64,000 nt of DNA, taken from a virus (taxonomy: Duplodnaviria > Heunggongvirae > Uroviricota > Caudoviricetes). Where the stretch lies: IMG/VR virus record IMGVR_UViG_3300027734_000034; one strand, 5' to 3'. The notes beneath the pieces were generated by a model. The model was not told the DNA's origin, did not search any database, and was given only the letters and a program-made list of their open reading frames with translations. Below are positions 60,189-64,000 of the stretch, one piece after another. Every line of letters begins with the position of its first letter. The first letter of the stretch is position 1. The translations under genes were made by a program, and so were the position numbers.

Positions 60189-60817
60189 ATTACAGTTACC
60201 CTTACATCTGATTCCCCATAATTTTGTTGATATTCAACTGGGGGTTGTTCTATATTTAACATATCACAGAGCATGGTATTATTTAATGGGGTTTTGCCTG
60301 GGTAGTTTAAGGTGCCGTTGACAATACCGATGTTCTGTGCTTCAATAATTTTAGACATTGCACGTAGATTTTTATAATGTTGATAGTTTGGATATGTAAT
60401 ATCAAAATGTCCGCATTTTACCCACCACCCTAAACAAGCGTCATCGGGTCTGTGTACCAATATCAGTGGACATTCTGGCCAGGTCTTTTTTATAAACTCA
60501 ATATGTTGAGTATAGCTGAACCAATGACTTTTGATTATACGAATGCCTTCACCATTAAATGGGCGGTCAAATTCTAATTCGTGTCCTTGTTTGCTGCGTG
60601 TGCCAAGACCATCTCCATCTAAAAACCAATCGCCGAATTCCATGCCCGGATCAAAGTATGCACCCATATGCATGAGTTCTGTGCGACCAGTCGCATCATG
60701 AAAATAGGTGCGCTCAATACTGTGGTCACTGCGATCAATACTGGGACTGTGATAGATGTTCTTCGCTACACTGCTCCATTTACTGCCTGGGGCGCCGGCT
60801 ACAAATATATATTTCAT
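60185..60817 (-). CDS. hypothetical protein (210 aa)
   Basis: ORF only. Confidence 0.4.
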   Translation of the reverse strand: MKYIFVAGAPGSKWSSVAKNIYHSPSIDRSDHSIERTYFHDATGRTELMHMGAYFDPGMEFGDWFLDGDGLGTRSKQGHELEFDRPFNGEGIRIIKSHWFSYTQHIEFIKKTWPECPLILVHRPDDACLGWWVKCGHFDITYPNYQHYKNLRAMSKIIEAQNIGIVNGTLNYPGKTPLNNTMLCDMLNIEQPPVEYQQNYGESDVRVTVI

Positions 60818-61770
60818 TCAGGTTTAAATCGTTGTGCTATTGGTTGCCATTCTTTGCGTAACTTAATCATGCTAGCATTTAGTCCTTGTGCTGTGTGTTC
60901 ATTCGTACTTATGAACATCATGTTCTCCTCAAACTTTTCTTTAGCTTCTTTGCTATTGATAGCAGGGATGAAATTTGTACGATACCAGTCTTGTATATCT
61001 TTTGATGTACCTTTGGGTAGTATAAGATTCCAGCAGCCATATAGATTTAACCCCGGCGCGTAGTCTTTCATTAATGGCACTTTTTCTAATCCATGAATAG
61101 GTACTTCACTTGCTAGACCAATTAACTTTAACTTACCTGCTTGTACATAAGGATAACCAACTGCAACTGGTGTCACACTAAACTCAACATGCCCGCCCAT
61201 AACATCTAATAATGCTTGCGCTGGCCCTTTGTACATAATAGTTTCAACCTTATCACCTGCTACATTCAACTTACTAGTTAGATATTCTACTGCTAGTTTA
61301 TGTCCGCCTCCACCAATAGCAAAATTGATAGGTCTTTGTTTAGATTTAATTTCATTTATCAATTCTTCTGGGGTGTTTACTTTACTACTAGGGTGTGCCC
61401 AGAATGCTAATGGGCTTTTAGCAATATTAGCGATTGGTTCAAATTCAAAAATGTTATATTTAAGCATTTGCGGATACCATATTTCAGCAGTCACCCATTG
61501 ACTATTACATGCTGGCATAGAGATGGTATATCCATCATTAGCTACAGTGTTGAAATAATTTGTAGCAAGATTGCCATCTGCGCCTGGTTTATATTCAGAT
61601 ATAAATTTTGTACCAGTGTTCTTTTCTACAATGTCTGCTACGATTTTAAAACTTATCTCATTGCCAGCACCCGGACCGTTTGGATATATAACAGTAATTG
61701 GTTTAGTTGGTTGCCAAGCTATAGCAGACAATGACACAAGTAAAGTTAGAATAAAGATTATTGATTTCAT
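60814..61770 (-). CDS. TctC/Bug-family periplasmic solute-binding protein. Likely start is MKSIIF at 61770; the track ORF extends to 61800.
   Basis: Signal peptide MKSIIFILTLLVSLSAIA; KPITVIYPNGPGAGNE and YKGPAQALLDVMGGHVEFSV...AGKLKLIGLAS match TctC family conserved blocks. Confidence 0.55.
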   Translation of the reverse strand: MKSIIFILTLLVSLSAIAWQPTKPITVIYPNGPGAGNEISFKIVADIVEKNTGTKFISEYKPGADGNLATNYFNTVANDGYTISMPACNSQWVTAEIWYPQMLKYNIFEFEPIANIAKSPLAFWAHPSSKVNTPEELINEIKSKQRPINFAIGGGGHKLAVEYLTSKLNVAGDKVETIMYKGPAQALLDVMGGHVEFSVTPVAVGYPYVQAGKLKLIGLASEVPIHGLEKVPLMKDYAPGLNLYGCWNLILPKGTSKDIQDWYRTNFIPAINSKEAKEKFEENMMFISTNEHTAQGLNASMIKLRKEWQPIAQRFKPE

Positions 61771-61802
61771 AAGAGTGATTAAATATATATTTAACAGCAT
61801 TT

Positions 61803-62336
61803 ATGACAGTCAATCAAATTTTATTAAACCAATACTTTGGTACCATTTGGCATCAAAATAGCGATCCTTCCAAGAAGGATACTAAATCAGGGAAACAATT
61901 AATAGACAAAATTAATCCCGGTGAATCAGTACTAGATGTAGGGTGTGGAACTAATCCTTTTAAAGGAATCATTCCCAATCTAACTGGAATTGATCCGGCT
62001 TTTGACCAAGCAGATCACAAGATATCAATTGATGATTTTGAAACTAGTGAGAAATATGATGTTGCACTATGTCTGGGTAGTATAAATTTTGGAGGTAGTA
62101 GTGACATTGAGAGACAAATTGCCAAAGTCATTTCATTAATGAAACCAAATGGGAGAATATATTGGCGTTGCAATCCAGGAAGACAAGATCACCCTAGTGA
62201 TGAATGCAAAAATGTGCCTTTTTATGCATGGTCTATACAAGAGCATGAGAGACTAACTGCTATGTTTGAAGCACGACTGATTGAATGTTGTTGGGAAGAT
62301 AATGGTCGTAGAATATACGCTGAATGGAATCTTTAA
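61803..62336 (+). CDS. class I SAM-dependent methyltransferase
   Basis: Motif I SVLDVGCGTNPF. Confidence 0.5.
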   Translation: MTVNQILLNQYFGTIWHQNSDPSKKDTKSGKQLIDKINPGESVLDVGCGTNPFKGIIPNLTGIDPAFDQADHKISIDDFETSEKYDVALCLGSINFGGSSDIERQIAKVISLMKPNGRIYWRCNPGRQDHPSDECKNVPFYAWSIQEHERLTAMFEARLIECCWEDNGRRIYAEWNL

Positions 62337-63145
62337 TCGTCACTCTTACCACACTTAGCACGTTTAGCTTGTGTGAGTTTGCCGAAGTCAACTGGCCATT
62401 CTTGGCCTGGTTGTAATTCTTTAGCCCCTTGAGGGAATCCAAACTTTACACCTGAGGCTTGTTCAATCTGTGTTATAGGTAAACGAAACTTAGTTAAATC
62501 ATTTCCTAAATTAGGATATGGAACAACATGTGGGAAACTCCATCCTGCTACTTCTTTAGTTTGATTGTTAATTACTATTTTATAGAAGCCATGTGGAACG
62601 ATTACTCCATTGCCAATCTTCTTATCAGAAGTGGAATATAATGCTCCAACATATACGGTATATGATTGGTTCCGTTGAACTGACCATCCACGGACAGATG
62701 TTTCCAGTAATTTCCAGATTCCACGATTTAATGAGCCAGCCTGGGGCGCCATGTTTGTCATTAAAAAACTCTCAAATTCTACTTGCGTATCCCAAGACAA
62801 ATCTCCATCAGGAGCCATATGTCCTTTATCGTAATTAGTTCCAATATAATCATCAGGTCTAGCACCATTAGAAATATACTGATTAGCGGCAAAAGCATTA
62901 GTACGAGCCACACAACCCAGTGCATTTTGCGGAAGTAGTTCATAAGTTACAAACCTTGGTAGTTTTGCAGATGCATCATAACCAACTAGATATGCTTGTT
63001 GGCATAGTGGCTGAACACCTTGTGTTTGAGGGAATCCGTATGGTGCATGTACTTGGCATTGTTGAACTGAATTTGGGGGACGTTGTGTCCAAGCAGATAC
63101 GGTGAATGAAGCAGTGACTAATAATAGTGATATTATTTTTTTCAT
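62333..63145 (-). CDS. secreted DNA/RNA non-specific endonuclease (Serratia nuclease / EndoG family)
   Basis: Signal peptide MKKIISLLLVTASFTVSA; active-site motif DKGHMAP (family DRGH). Confidence 0.55.
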   Translation of the reverse strand: MKKIISLLLVTASFTVSAWTQRPPNSVQQCQVHAPYGFPQTQGVQPLCQQAYLVGYDASAKLPRFVTYELLPQNALGCVARTNAFAANQYISNGARPDDYIGTNYDKGHMAPDGDLSWDTQVEFESFLMTNMAPQAGSLNRGIWKLLETSVRGWSVQRNQSYTVYVGALYSTSDKKIGNGVIVPHGFYKIVINNQTKEVAGWSFPHVVPYPNLGNDLTKFRLPITQIEQASGVKFGFPQGAKELQPGQEWPVDFGKLTQAKRAKCGKSDD

Positions 63146-63146
63146 A

Positions 63147-63587
63147 TTACGCTCGGGCTTTCTTTAGAGTACTACGAATCATCCATTGATGTTTTTCGTG
63201 AGCATCTAGCCTCTCAGCGATAAAGTTTGCTATACCTTGTTTGTTTTCTTGTGTAGCTGAAGCAAAGCAATGGTTGAGTAAATCAATCATCTTACTGTTA
63301 TCTTCGAATAATTCAGCAAACATTAATTCAGCACGAGGAATTTTAAGTTGGTCTTGAATGATAGATAATTCAGCGTAGCGTGTTAAACTGCCGGGTGCAT
63401 AACTATCCAATGTACGAATGTATTCAGCAACTTTATCTACTGCACTATATACTTCTTCATAGAAATTACCAAAGAATTCGTGATATTCAGGGAAGTCAGG
63501 TCCTTCAACATTCCAATGAAAGTTCTGTGCTTTGATGGATAGTGAATTAACGCTAGCCAATAATACTTTTAAATCTTCTGCTAACAT
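63147..63587 (-). CDS. dps: Dps-family (ferritin-like) protein
   Basis: QNFHWNVEGPDFPEYHEFFGNFYEEV matches Dps HNFHWNVKGPNFxxLHExFEE.Y; IAERL downstream. Confidence 0.65.
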   Translation of the reverse strand: MLAEDLKVLLASVNSLSIKAQNFHWNVEGPDFPEYHEFFGNFYEEVYSAVDKVAEYIRTLDSYAPGSLTRYAELSIIQDQLKIPRAELMFAELFEDNSKMIDLLNHCFASATQENKQGIANFIAERLDAHEKHQWMIRSTLKKARA

Positions 63588-63994
63588 TATTGCTGTCCTT
63601 GTTGTTGTAGTAACTGTTTTGCCTTTTCTACACTAAGCATTGGGCGAGGATGTGATCCATCTATAATACTTTGTAGATATTCTGCACTATAACCACTTGG
63701 TGCTTTTGCTGCTGGTTGTTCATCTGATGGTGCTACTTGAGTAGCAACTGGTTTACCAGTTAAACGATTAATACCAGGATCTTGATCTGGTAGTACACGA
63801 CCGTGTGCGGCACCGCCTAATGCCATAGCACCTGCTAATGCTGCACTACCTAATGCGCTTTTCCAGCCTTCATCTACTTGGTGTACACCTGAAAGTATTG
63901 CTGATTCTTTTATTGGTACACAGTTATTAACTCTAGTATCACCCTTCATCTTAGTGCCTTGTTTTTTATAACCAGTCCAGCATTTAGGATCCAT
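63587..63994 (-). CDS. hypothetical protein (135 aa)
   Basis: ORF only. Confidence 0.4.
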   Translation of the reverse strand: MDPKCWTGYKKQGTKMKGDTRVNNCVPIKESAILSGVHQVDEGWKSALGSAALAGAMALGGAAHGRVLPDQDPGINRLTGKPVATQVAPSDEQPAAKAPSGYSAEYLQSIIDGSHPRPMLSVEKAKQLLQQQGQQ

Positions 63995-64000
63995 ACGTTG

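Overview
The window is a 64-kb stretch of a T4-like (Straboviridae-type) myovirus genome, about 39% GC, with almost every gene on the minus strand. I could support T4-type replication and repair genes, head-packaging and fibre genes, a lysis pair, a long run of small early genes, a DNA-modification island, and a short plus-strand island of likely capsid-internal proteins.

- **Replication, recombination and repair:** a family-B DNA polymerase (gp43-like), a gp32-like single-strand DNA-binding protein, a RecA-family recombinase (UvsX-like, cut by the window edge), RNase H, thymidylate synthase, and a UV-damage endonuclease (UvdE).
- **Packaging and structure:** a large terminase subunit and two very large fibre proteins (1585 and about 573 aa) with collagen-like G-X-Y and other tandem repeats.
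- **Lysis:** a candidate i-spanin / o-spanin pair.
- **Early region:** many small genes driven by near-consensus sigma70-type promoters (TTGACA-N16/17-TATAAT or TATACT). This includes a triplicated 31-50 bp promoter repeat at 24.0-24.8 kb and a paralogous family of small proteins starting MNERI and ending HFGVEE.
- **Repeated late-type motif:** an 8-9-mer GATAAATAC (compare the T4 late promoter TATAAATA) recurs just upstream of several structural or late-type genes.
- **7-deazaguanine DNA-modification island (43-54 kb):** it contains a tRNA-guanine-transglycosylase-like DpdA (DSGGFQ motif), GTP cyclohydrolase I (FolE), a QueD-like protein, QueE, an extra radical-SAM protein, a cytidylyltransferase, two GT-B glycosyltransferases and two NAD-dependent epimerases. 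No canonical QueC is present. A TilS-like PP-loop ATPase lies next to the polymerase, and a very acidic small protein sits inside the island.
- **Plus-strand island (39-43 kb):** three proteins, the first with an N-terminus resembling the T4 internal-protein capsid-targeting sequence (MRxxEF[IL][ST]E). It also carries five QGVAEG repeats that could be prohead-protease sites. Two small minus-strand proteins share the same leader.
- **Other notable genes:** a MoxR/CobS-like AAA+ ATPase paired with a VWA protein that has an HExxH motif; an SPFH/prohibitin homolog; a PL7 alginate-lyase-like lipoprotein under an early promoter; a TctC/Bug-family periplasmic binding protein; a secreted DRGH-type non-specific nuclease; a Dps-family protein; and two SAM-dependent methyltransferases.

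No tRNA, rRNA or CRISPR array was recognised. Every call comes from motif reading of the translations and the DNA by eye; no database search was possible.
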